A stretch of DNA of 64,000 nt, taken from positions 103,230,001-103,294,000 of the forward strand of contig JBNRSN020000014.1 of assembly GCA_051313645.2 (NCBI GenBank), written 5' to 3'. This DNA comes from Centroscyllium fabricii (taxonomy: Eukaryota). The first letter of the stretch is position 1. Each line of letters opens with the position of its first letter. The position numbers were made by a program, and so were the translations under genes. This document shows, piece after piece, positions 1 through 11,563 of this stretch. The notes under the pieces were generated by a model. The model ran no database searches, was not told where the DNA came from, and worked only from the letters and a program-made list of their open reading frames with translations.

Positions 1-460
1 TTGGCTGATATTTGTAAAAGTTCTCTTTCCTCAGGTACTGTCCCCGTCTCCTTCAAATCTGCAGTTATCACTCCTCTCCTCAAAAAAACAACCTTTGACC
101 CCTCCGTCCTTCCAAACTATGGTCCCATCTCCAACCTCCCTTTCCTCTCAAGTCTCACATTGGCTCCTGGTTAAGGAACGCCTCGATTTTACAATTCTCA
201 TCCTTGTTTTCAAATCCCTTCATGGCCTCGCCCTTCCTATCTCTGTAGTATCCTCTAGCCCCACAATCATCTGAGATCTCTGCGCTCCTCTGATTCTGGC
301 CTCTTGAGCATCCTCGATTTTAAATGCTGCACCATTGGTGGCCGTGCCTTCAGCTGCCAAGGCCCTAAGCTCTGGAATTCCCTCCCTAAACCTCTCTGCC
401 ATTCTACCTCTCTTTCCTCCTTTAAGACGCTCCTTAAAACCTACCTCATCTGCCCCAATA

Positions 461-884
461 CAGGTACACAACCCTTTATCCGAAAACCTCGGGACCGGGC
501 GGGTTTCAGTTTTCGGATAAATACGGTTTTTAGATTTGGCCCCAGTGTGCATGCGCAGATCGCTTGCGCATGCGCATTTCCGTGTTTGCGGCCCAGCTCG
601 CGGTCGGGGAACGGCATACCGGCCGTTTGCAGGGGGAGACCGGCCGTTTGCAGGGGGAGACCGGCCGTTTGCAGGGGGAGACCGGCCGTTTGCAGGAGGA
701 GATCGGCCGTTTTTTTCCTCAGCACGGCATCAACCGCACGAGATCGGGGTGGAACATGTTTTGTCTGCTGCAGCTTAAATCATTTTTTTCTTAAATAAAT
801 TGAAGAAAAACTTCGGTTTTTGGAGCTTTTCGGTTTTTGGAGCTTTTCGGTTTTTGGAGTTGCAGATAAGGAATTGTGTACCTG
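461..884. mobile_element. Tc1/mariner-type MITE
   Basis: TIRs CAGGTACACAACCCTTTATCCG / CAGATAAGGAATTGTGTACCTG; TA on both sides; L2 is continuous when it is removed. Confidence 0.8.
619..712. repeat. 21-bp tandem repeat inside the MITE
   Basis: CCGGCCGTTTGCAGGGGGAGA, about 4.5 copies. Confidence 0.9.
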
Positions 885-1002
885 TATCTCCTTTTGTGGC
901 TCAGCCTGAAATTTTATTTTGTAACACTGCTGCAAAGCTCCTTGGGACATTTTACTTCATTAAAGACACAATATACATACAAGTTGTTGTTGTGTATATA
1001 AT

Positions 1003-1434
1003 CGCCCAGAAATTCGGGTCCCAACGCGTGAGTACAGAAGGGGTACTCGCGCGTAGGCCCATCCAAAGTGCCGGTTCCGTGCATGCACAGTGCATGCGCG
1101 CAAAACCCGCACTTCCAATCCCCTGACAGAAGGGGTCAGGGGTCGGAACGTGGGAGCGGGTGCGCGTGCGCAATGCACTTCCGATTTTTTTACAGGTTCT
1201 GTATCCGGGTAAGTATGGAAAAAGTTACGGCGTGCAAAGACTGGTTTTCAGAAGGTAAGTGGTGAATTAATTATTTCTGAAACATTTTTCCCCACAGGTT
1301 TTTTACTTTTAAATACTTTAAAGAAAGGTAAGTTTATTTTTAGCTCCGTTCAAACCTGTAATTCATTTTTTCAAAAATTTTCATTATTGTTTAAAATAGT
1401 TATTTAATGTCATTGATAGTTATTTAAAAAAAAT
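1003..1434 (+). mobile_element. Left part of a PIF/Harbinger-like MITE (type 1), truncated
   Basis: End GCCCAGAAATT; colinear with 36825-37416 and, inverted, with 50435-51197. Confidence 0.7.
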
Positions 1435-4400
1435 TGGTGCTACTACCACACGCGGTTCGACCACAAAGCGCACCGCTGCGTACAGCCATGCGCGTTTAAG
1501 CCTAGGCCCAACTCAGCCCCCACCATGTCTGTAGGCCACACAGGAGCACTGCTCTTCGCCACAGACAGCGGTACAGGCCTCAGGTTCCTCTGCGACACAG
1601 GCGCGCAGCACAGCATCGTGCCAGCCTCCCCTGCAGAAACCAAACGAGGTACCCGGGGCCCGCCACTAGCGGCAGCCAACGGCTCTAATATAAAAACGTA
1701 CGGCACCCGCAAGTTAACCATTACCCTTGCAAGCCACGCGTACACCTGGGATTTTGTAACGGCCCAGGTCACTTCTCCCCTCCTCGGGGCAGACTTCCTC
1801 TGCGCCTACGGCCTATTGGTCGATGTAACTCGGCGCCGCCTGGTGAATTTAAACACCATGACGACCATCCCATGCTCCACAGGGCCCGCACTCCTGGCCC
1901 ACGCGGCAGCCCAATGCCGCTCCAGGGACCCCGATGCCTACGGCACGCTCCTGGCAGAGTTCCCCGCCCTTACCAACCCCACGTTCACCGCCCGTAAGGC
2001 CAAACACGGGGTAGAGCATTTTATAACTACCACAGGTCCCCCCGTCCATGCCCACGCCCGCAGGCTCGACCCAGCCAAGCAGGAGATCGCGCTCACCAAG
2101 TTCCGCACCATGGAGCAACTCGGTATAATCCGCCGCTCCAACAGCCCCTGGGCCTCTCCTCTCCACATAGCCCCCAAGCCCGACGGAGGTTGGCGCCCCT
2201 GCGGCGACTACCGCCGCCTCAACAACGCCACAACCCCGGATAGGTACCCCGTACCCCACATCCAGGACTTTTCCGCCAGATTAGCAGGGTGTACGATCTT
2301 TTCCAAGTTCGACCTGGTGCGTGGCTACCACCAGGTGCCCGTACACCCGGCGGACATTCCTAAAACGGCCGTAATCACCCCGTTCGGGCTCTTCGAATTT
2401 CTGAGGATGCCCTTCGGCCTCAAAAACGTGGCCCAGGCCTTCCAGCGCCTCATGGACTCAGTCCTCAGGGACTTGAAGTTCATATTCGTCTACTTAGACG
2501 ATATCCTCGTGGCCAGCACCTCTCCCCAGGAACACCTCCTGCACCTCAGGACCCTGTTCCAGCGCCTTACTGAGCACGGCCTTATCCTGAGCCCCACCAA
2601 ATGTAGGTTCGGCCTCGAGACCATTGACTTCCTCGGCCACCGCATTTCGCCCACAGGGGCCATTCCCCTGCCCTCCAAGGTGCAGGCGGTACAGGAATTT
2701 CCTCGCCCGCACACTATTAAAGGGCTGCAGAAATTTTTAGGGATGGTAAACTTTTATAATCGCTTCATCCCCGGAGCAGCCGCTCTCATGGCCCCATTAT
2801 ATCAGGCCACCCGCGGGCAGTCCAACAAGGCTGCGGTGGTGTGGACGGCCGACGCCGCCACCGCCTTTACCGCAACTAAAACGGCCCTGGCAAACGCCAC
2901 CCTCCTGGCCCACCCTAGGCCCAACGCCAGAGTAGCCCTAACCACCGACGCCTCCGACCACGCGGTCGGGGCCATATTCGAACAGTGGACCGGCGACTCG
3001 TGGCAGCCCCTGGCCTTTTTCAGCTGACAACTCCGGCCCCCAGAGGTTAAATACAGCACCTTTGATAGGGAGCTACTTGCTCTCCATCTGGCGGTGCGAC
3101 ATTTTCATTTCCTCTTGGAGGGCCGACACTTTACAGCCTTCAGCGACCACAAGCCACTCACGTTTGCGATGGCTAAGGTCGCTGAACCCTGGTTGGCCAG
3201 GCAGCAGCGCCAACTCGCGGCCGTGTCGGAATTTACAACCGACATTCAGCACATTTCCGGCCGCGACAACGTGGTCGCTGACTGCCTCTCACGCCCCACC
3301 ATTAACGCCGCCCAAATGGCGGTTGATTACGCCCAGCTGGCCGCTGACCAGCTGGCCGACCCTGACCTACTTAACGCAGCAACTAATCTCCCCGGCCTAC
3401 ACTTGGCCAATATCGCGCACGGCCCCGCTGCCACCGTCGTCTGCTGCGATGTTTCGTTACCGCAACCCAGGCCAGTCGTGCCCCACGCTTAGAGGCAACA
3501 TATCTTTAGGACCCTCCACGACCTGTCCCACCCCGGCGCCCGCGCTTCCATTAAGCTAATATCGGCCCGTTTTGTATGGCGCGGCCTGCGCAAAGACGTC
3601 CGCGCCTGGGCCAGCTCCTGCATAGCCTGCCAGCGCTCCAAAGTGCACAAGCACATCAGGGCACCGCTGGAAAATTTTACGGTACCGGCCAGGCGTTTTG
3701 ACCACGTCCATATTGACCTCGTCGGGCCACTACCGCCATCTCGCGGCCACACACACCTATTGACCATGGTCGACCGCAACACTCGCTGGCCTGAAGCAGT
3801 CCCCCTCACCGCCACCGGCACCACGGACTTGGCCAGGGCGTTTATCGCCACCTGGGTCGCCCGATTCGGCGTGCCCACAAACATCACCTCCGACAGAGGA
3901 CCCCAGTTTACGTCGACTTTATGGGCGGCCATCGCCCGCGACCTCGGGGTGACACTACACAGAACCACCGCATACCACCCACAGGCGAACGGCCTATGTG
4001 AACGGTTCCACCGCTCGATGAAGGCATCACTACGGGCCACGCTGAAAGGCGCATCATGGACCGACCGCCTTCCATGGGTCCTCCTCGGGCTGCGCTCGGC
4101 AGTCAAAGAAGACCTTAATGCCTCAGCAGCGGAGCTCGTCTACGGCCAAGCTTTAACGGTGCCGGGCGAATTCCTGGCTGAGCCCAACGCTCCCTGGTCA
4201 GCAGACCAGTATTTAAAAGACTTTGCAAACCCGGCACGAGCTTTCCAACCACTACCAGTGGCCCGGCATGGAGAGCCGGCAGCTCGGGTGCCGGAGGACA
4301 TTAAAAATGCCAAATTTGTGTTCATCCGGCGCGACGGACACCGATCTCCACTACAGCCACCTTATGATGGCACATACAGAGTGCTTCGGGCGGGAGCTAA

Positions 4401-4602
4401 AACTTTTGATTTACAATTGGGTAACAGAACTGAAACTGTAACAATAGTTACAGTGATAGCGGGCGAGACCACGGTCCCCGCACAACCACCTCAACGCGGT
4501 CGCCCTCCCGCAACAAAACCCGCCCACACTCCAACGCAGAACCAGAGACTACTAGCAACATGGTCCGGCCGCATCATCCGGCCACCCCAACGGCACACAT
4601 AG
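1435..4602 (+). pseudogene. pol: gag-end/pol polyprotein of Gypsy A (PR-RT-RH-INT), two in-frame stops
   Basis: ORFs 1525-3027, 3094-3492 and 3643-4602 share one frame; stops at 3025 (TGA) and 3490 (TAG). Confidence 0.9.
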
Positions 4603-4644
4603 ACACTTTCACTATTCCTCCCGGACGGATTCTGGGGGGAGCTG

Positions 4645-4889
4645 TGTGGCGGTACACCCACGGGGATATCGAATCCGCCACGGGGACTCCGCGGAGCAAA
4701 GCTCCGCTCATCCGGGTGACGCGACTACGTCATCACGTCGCCCGACGCGATGACGTCACCAACCGCGGGACCGTTTAAATAAGCCTGTCCTGAGTGGTTC
4801 TGCCTCTTTCTTGTACTGTAGTTGATGATTAAAGCTGTGTTTTCTCTAAGCTCTGGCTCACGTGTGATCACTAGGCCTGAGGCGCTACA
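4645..4889 (+). repeat. 3' LTR of Gypsy A
   Basis: TGTGGCG...CGCTACA ends, preceded by G-rich PPT; internal TTTAAATA and ATTAAA. Confidence 0.8.
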
Positions 4890-7800
4890 ATGGTGCCAAA
4901 GGATGTGCAGGCCATATTAGGTTTAATAGCCTGTGAGAGACTGAACCTGGTAAAGAGAGTCCTCGTTGTGGAAAGCGAAGGAGAGACAGTCTATGATGAA
5001 CTCATGAAAGAGTACAATGACCTATTTCAGGGTCCAGGCTGCCTTCCAGGAGAACACACGATCAGAGTGGATAAAAATGTGCCACCGATAATACATCCAT
5101 GCAGAAAAGTTTTGTTTGCTCTTCAAAAGCAACTGAAGGCAGAGTTGGACAGGATGGAAAGCTTGAACATGATTCAGAAGATAGATTAGCCAACTGAGTG
5201 GGTGAGTTCCCTCGTCGTTGTGGACAAACAGAATGGAAAGCTCAGAATTTGCCTGGATCCAAGAGATCTAAACAGAGCAATAAAGAGAGAGCACTTCAAG
5301 CATCCGACATGTGAGGAAATCATGTCACAGTTTGCAAATGCAAAGTATTTCAGCAAGTTAGATGCATCATCAGGATTTTGGCAGTTGAAACTGGATGAAG
5401 CAAGTTCAAGACTGTGGATGTTCAATAGTCCATTTGGCAAATACAGATTCCTAAGGTTACCATTTGGTATTGCCTCAGCTCCTGAAGTGTATCATAAAAC
5501 TATCCACATGGACTATGAGCACCTGGAGGGAGTTAATACCTCCATGGATGACATCGTAGTATGGGGAACCACAAGAACTGAGCTTGACGAGAGACTGAAA
5601 AAGTGCTGGAAGCAACAAGGAAAACAAACCTGAAGCTGAATAGAGAGAAATGCCAGCTCGGGGTGACAGAACTGACATTTGTGGGAGATATCCTTAGCAG
5701 TGAGTGCATCAGACCAGATCCCAGAAAGGTGTCCGCCATTGGGAATATGCCAAGGCCACAATGCAAAAGGGACATGCAGAGGTTTAATGGAATGATCAAC
5801 TGCATGGGTAAATTCATATCCAACCTCTCAGAAAAGATGTCGCCACTGAGAAGACTAACTAAAAAGAACATAGAATGGGAGTGGAATCATGAGCATGAGA
5901 AGTCATGGAGCGAAGTAAAGAAACTGCTCACAGAGGAACCAGTTCTGAGGTTTTATGACCCAGCGAGACCCATCAAGATATCATCAGATGCATCACAGAG
6001 TGGGCTTGGGGCAGTTCTTCTGCAAAAATATGATGACTGGCAACCTATCGCATATGCATCGTGCTCAATGACCGACGCGGAAACGTGATATGCTCAAATA
6101 GAAAAGGAGCTGCTCAGCATCACATATGCCTGTGAAAGATTTCATCAGTTTGTGTCAGGACAAGCAATCAGTGTAGAGACTGACCATAAGCCCTTGATTG
6201 CATTGTTCAAAAAGCCATTAAATGTCTGTCCACTTAGAATACAAAGAATGATGATTAGGCTGCAACGTTATACACTGAATGTGGCGTACACTCCGGGTAA
6301 GCTGATGTACATAGCAGACACGTTGTCTCGAGCTGTTGACCCAAGAGAGCCCGCAAACACCAAAATGGATGAAGACGTGAATGCCTACGTGGACATGATC
6401 ACAAGTGCACTGCCCATAGCAGATGCAAAAATGGAGCTCATAAAGACTGAGACAAACAAAGATGAAACACTGAAACGACTGAGAAAAAACATCTTGGATG
6501 GATGGCCCAACATGAAGCAAGACTGCTCACCTGACATTGCAGAGTACTGGAACTGCACTGCTGCAGGGCGGAACTATCAGTGGTCGAAGACATCATCTAC
6601 AAAGGAAGTAAAATAGTTATCCCAAAGAGTCTGAGAAAAGACGTGCTAAAAAGGATCCATGGAGGACATCTGGGAATCAAAGTGTAAGAAAAGAGCACGA
6701 GAGGTGATGTACTGGCCAAGAATCAACCATGATGTGACAAATGAAGTGTCAAATTGCACAATATGCCAGAAATATCAAGCAAGCAATCCTGCAGAACCAC
6801 TAAAGCCACACCCAGAATCAGACAGACCTTACCGGAAGGTAGGCGCTGACCTATTTGTATGTCAAGGGAAGGACTATCTTGTAGTCACAGACTATTACTC
6901 CCTGTATCCAGAGGTGTGTAGACTGAACACCACCACTGCAGATGCTGTGATAACCTGTATGAAAGACATATTCTCCAGACATGGACTGGCAAGCGAGGTC
7001 TTCACAGACAATGGACCCCAGTTTTGCAATTCAAGTTTCCGACACTTTGCCAAAGAGTGGGACTTTTTCCCCACAACATCAAGTCCTCATTATCCGCAGT
7101 CCAATTGACTAGTGGAAAAATCGTTCCAGACAGTGAAAAGACTGATGTACAAGGCAAAAGACAGTGGAACTGACTTCTACCAGAGCATGCTAGTATACTG
7201 CACAACGCCGCTCGAGTGTGGCATGTCACGAGCCCAACTCCTTATCGGACGTAGGCTAAGATCAAACCGACCAATCCCGGAGAACCTCCTGAAAACAAAA
7301 GAGGGAGAGAAAGTGAGGAAGTTCAAAGAACAACAGAAACAAAAGCAAAAGTACTACTTTGACAGAGGAACAAAAAACCTACCTGAACTCCACCCTGGTG
7401 ACCAAGTAAGGCTCAAAGACAAAACTAACATATGGACTCAGAAGGGAACTGTCCTTAAGCAATCCAACCAAGATCATACACCATTCAGACAGATGAAGGT
7501 ACTGTTCTAGAAGAAATCGTCGAGATCTTCTAATGGGACCAGCCACAGCAGGCAGAAAGACTGATAATGTTGAACAACCTGATTACACAGCTGAGAAGAC
7601 ATCATCTGAGGCAACAACTCAGATTCAAGGACAATTAATCAGGAGATCGTCAAGACACGTAAAACCACCTGAGAGACTCATAGAGCAAATTTAAAGACTC
7701 TTGTTATAGAATGAAGTAGTGTTATCTTATTTGCTCTTCAAGCTCTAGTGTGTGTACATATTTCATGTGAACACACAAAACAAGGTTAAAAAATGTTAAT

Positions 7801-8160
7801 GAACTTAACTTTTCATTATTATTAACATTATTAAGTGTTATAGTTGAAATTGTAGAGTAACACAAAGAATACATGTTGGTTAAAAGTAAGACACTTTTGT
7901 TTTAAGAAAGGGCGATGTAATGATATGTGATCATGTTTGCTTGTTTGACTATCTATGCCTTACTAACAGAAGGATCATAGTTGCCTGTTTGATTATCCAT
8001 GCCTGGCCAGCAGAGGTCATGTGATAAGAAGCCAGTGCTGTTTCAGTTAGTTTTGGTTTCAGTTTAAGTTGGATCTCTAAGATGGAGACTCTGTAAAGCC
8101 TGTGTAAAAGCCTCATGTTAAAGCTGTAAGTTACTTGTATATACTTTAGATTAAACAACA
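4890..8160 (+). mobile_element. Gypsy LTR retrotransposon B (Mag-like), 5' part missing, degenerate pol
   Basis: RT (LRICLDPRDLN, RLPFG), RNase H (SDASQSGLG), integrase (TDNGPQF, SSPHYPQSN) over several frames; PPT AAGAAAGGGCGA. Confidence 0.9.
7916..8160 (+). repeat. 3' LTR of Gypsy B
   Basis: TGTAA...AACA directly after the PPT; right edge inferred. Confidence 0.65.
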
Positions 8161-8557
8161 TTCTCCTTCATATGTGTAGTCTTTGGAACCCACAATACAA
8201 AACAAAACACCCCCCAGTTTGAAATAATGAGCGTAGTGAGTTTCTGCTGATTGCACCCATTTGCAGCCGTTCAAAGAGGCTCCTCAAATTGAAATCATTT
8301 TTAGGCTGCAGGCACTAGTAGGCATGGTTTAAAAGTCTTTGCATGTTAAAAAATATTTAATTTCATAAGAAACTGATTAGTGTACACCAATGAAGCTATT
8401 GAAGGGTGTATTTTTAAGTCATTTTCAGTGATTTAAAATCAGGTTTAAATCAGCACTAGACACTCTTATTAAAAATGCCTATTTTTTGTGAGAAACCTAT
8501 TTTCAGCTGTATTAATTAAACTGCACCAGGTTACCACTCTTAAATACTTCAATGGAT

Positions 8558-8756
8558 GGCCCGTATTTTCCGATCGGAGGCTTCCTGTGTGCTGATGCCT
8601 CCTATCGGGAATAAATCTACGTCCTTACCTGAGAGCTCCCGAGGTCAGGACTCTCCTGGGCCTCTCCTGGTCCGCGCGCGCAGAGACCCAGGTACCCCAG
8701 GGACGCAGGCAGTTCGCAAGCTCGTACACACCCACAGGGATTGGAAAATATGGGCC
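8558..8756. mobile_element. Short Harbinger-like MITE
   Basis: TIRs GGCCCGTATTTTCCGATC / GATTGGAAAATATGGGCC; body matches 15130-15260 inverted. Confidence 0.7.
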
Positions 8757-8809
8757 ATTATTTTTTAATGCAAAAAAAAATGAAATGATTACATTTGGGT
8801 TCCGCCAGT

Positions 8810-9435
8810 ACCACTAGTCTTCAGACATCATTGCAGCCTTTGTCCAAACACAGACACAAGAACTGAATTCCAGAGGTGAGGTAAGAGTTGACATCAAGAC
8901 AGCATTTGACTGAGTGTGGCACCAAGGAGGCCTGCAGAGAAGAGAGTGGCTCACCTCCTGACTTCCAAAATCCTCTCTACCACTAACAAGGCAGAAGCCA
9001 GGAGTGTGATGGAGTACTCTCCACTTGCCTGGATGACTGTAGCTCCAACAACACTCAAGAAGTTCAACACTCTCCAGAACAAAGCAGTCCATTTGTTCGG
9101 CACAACATCTACTGGCTTAAACATCCACTTCCCCCACCCTGGGCACTCCGTGGTTGCAGTGTGTACTATCTACAGGATGCACTGCAGCAACTCACCAAGG
9201 CTTCTTCGGCAGCACCTCCCAAACCTGTGACAACTACCTCCTAAAAGGACAAGGGCAGCAGATGCATGGTAACACTGTCATCTCCAATTTCCACTCCAAA
9301 TCACACACCATCCTGACTTGGACACATATTACCATTCCATCCCATCGTTGCTAGGTCAAAATTCTGGAACACCCCACCTAACAGTATTGTGGGAGCACCT
9401 TCACACGCCGACTGCAGTGGTTCAAGAAGAAGGCC
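8810..9435 (+). mobile_element. CR1-group LINE family B, deleted 3' fragment
   Basis: RSVMEYSPLAWM motif; homologous to 26858-27582. Confidence 0.8.
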
Positions 9436-9456
9436 TGTAAGGTTCAAGAAGATTGT

Positions 9457-10962
9457 CTTCTTCTTAGGCAGACTCTCGGAACCGAGGATGACTTGCTTCC
9501 ACATTAGAAATGAGTATGCAGGTGACTGATGAGTCCAATGCAGGACCTGCAGTCTCTGTCACAGGTGGGGCAGACGGTGGTTGAAGGGGCGGGTGGGTGG
9601 GGTGCTTGGGTTGACATGTGTTCCTTGTGCTGCCTGCGCTTGGCTTCCGCTCGCTCCCAGCGAAGAGACTCGGTGTTCGGCGCCTTCCCGGATGCTTCTC
9701 CTCCACGTTGTGCGGTCTTGGGCCAGGGATTCCCAGGTGTCAGTGGGGATGTTACACTTTTTGAAGGAGGCTTTGAGGGTGTCCTTGAAGCGTTTCGTCT
9801 GCCCACGTGGGGCTCTCTTGCCGTGCCAGAGCTCCAAGTAGAGTGCTTGTTTTGGGAGTCTCGTATCAAGCATGCGGACAATGTGACCCATCCATCGGAG
9901 CTGATCGAGTGTGGTCAAAGCTTCGATGCTGGGGATGTTGGCCTGAGCCAGAACATGGATGATGGTGCACCTATCCTGCCAATGGATTGGCAGGATCTTG
10001 CGGAGGCAGCATTGGAGATACCTCTCCAGTGCTTTGAGGTGCCTGCTGTACATGGTCCATGTCTCTGAGGCATACAGCAGGGCAGGTATCACTGCTGCTC
10101 TGTAGACCATGAGCTTAGTGCCAGGTTTGAGGTCATGGTCTTCAAACACTCTCTTCCTCAGGTGACCGAAGGCTGCACTGGCACACTGAAGGCGGTGTTG
10201 GACTTCGTCGTCGACGTCTGCCCTTGTTGACATTAGGCTCCCGAGGCATGGAAAGTGGTCCATGTTGTCCAAGGCCTTGTCCTGGATTTTGATAATTGGG
10301 GGGCAGTACTGTGTGGTGGGGGTAGGTTGGTAGAGGACCTTTGTCTTACAGATGTTTAGTGTAAGGCCCATGCTCTCGTATGCTTCAGTGAAGGTGTTGA
10401 CGATGATTTGGCGTTCGACCTCCAAGTGAGCACAGACGCAAGCGTCGCCTGCATACTTTAATTAGACAACAGAAGATGGAACAATCTTGGATCTGGACTG
10501 GAGGTGACGGAGGTTGAACAGTTTCCTGTTTGTTCTGTGAATTAGCTCCAGAGGGGTGCTTACTGATGGTGAGATGGAGCATTGCAGCAATAAAGATCAT
10601 GAAGAGCGTTGGTGCGATGGCACAGCCTTGCTTGACCCCGGTTCGTATGTGAATTGGGTCTGTGGTGGAACTGTTGGTCAGGATCATGGCTTACATGTCA
10701 TCGTGAAGCAGGCGGAGGATGGTAAACCTTTGAGGGCAGCCGAATTTGAAGAGGACACTCCATAATCCCTCATGGTTGACAGTGTCGAAGGCTTTTGTGA
10801 GATCAAAGAAGGCCATGTACAGTGGTTGGTGCTGTTCCCTGCATTTCTCTTGTAATTGACGTGCGGTGAAGATCATGTCCACTGTGCCCCTTAGTGGGCG
10901 GAATCCGCATTGCGACTCTGGGAGGAGCTCTTTGGCCACTGGGAGAAGGCGATTGAGGAGGA
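9457..10962 (-). mobile_element. RTE-clade LINE, 5'-truncated
   Basis: LLPESQCGFR..FFDLTKAFDTV, GVKQGC; (AAG)n tail; 14-bp TSD TTCAAGAAGATTGT at 9443-9456 and 10963-10976. Confidence 0.9.
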
Positions 10963-11563
10963 TTCAAGAAGATTGTACCATAAGGTTCTTGATCATGTTT
11001 ATACTGCAGATTAGGTACATACATTTTACAAGTAAATTCTATTGTTTATTTCTTGTCTAATAAAATGGAGGGAAGCATATTTCTCAATATAACAAAGTTG
11101 TAAATGCTATGTAGGATTGAAAAAAATCAGCAATTCTCTGATGTGTATATATTTGGTTTGAAAGAGAGAATAGACACAAATTGCAATCAATGATCTAGGA
11201 TATTAATGTGAATCTGTGCAATCAGCAGCGACATTGGAATAAACAAGTTTGCAATTATGGAGTCAAACATTTTCTTCACAGGTGGTCGATTTCAATTTAT
11301 GTCCTTATAAAAATGCAGCACAATTGCTTTTAGAAATTATTTCAGAGATGTATTGGTAATTCTGATCAGGTACATTAGAGAAGGCAGATATAACAACTCT
11401 GCAAAATATGTATTGTTTCATCACCGTTCATTTTTGTAACTGGTCATAAGCCACCCAAATAAATATATTACTAAAAGAATTCATATCCCTTAAATGTCAA
11501 ATGTTATAGCAAATTTGCCTACAAGTTTTTAAAGGAAAAGATGGACAAAGTTATGGGTAATTT

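Larger units (their letters stand above)
1..994 (+). mobile_element. L2-type LINE 3' fragment, interrupted by a MITE at 461-884
   Basis: RT-end motif (GGRAFSCQGPKLWNSLP) and (GTT)n tail near 983-992; homologous copy at 42630-43073. Confidence 0.75.
1435..4889 (+). mobile_element. Gypsy LTR retrotransposon A (CsRN1-type), 5' part missing
   Basis: Gag end [19 protein letters not shown] (C-X2-H-X9-C-X3-C), PR DTGA, RT YLDD, RNase H TDAS, integrase; PPT then 3' LTR. Confidence 0.9.

Noticed and set aside
304-798. Overlapping ORFs with 7-aa repeats
   Set aside because: Produced by the 21-bp tandem repeat in a MITE
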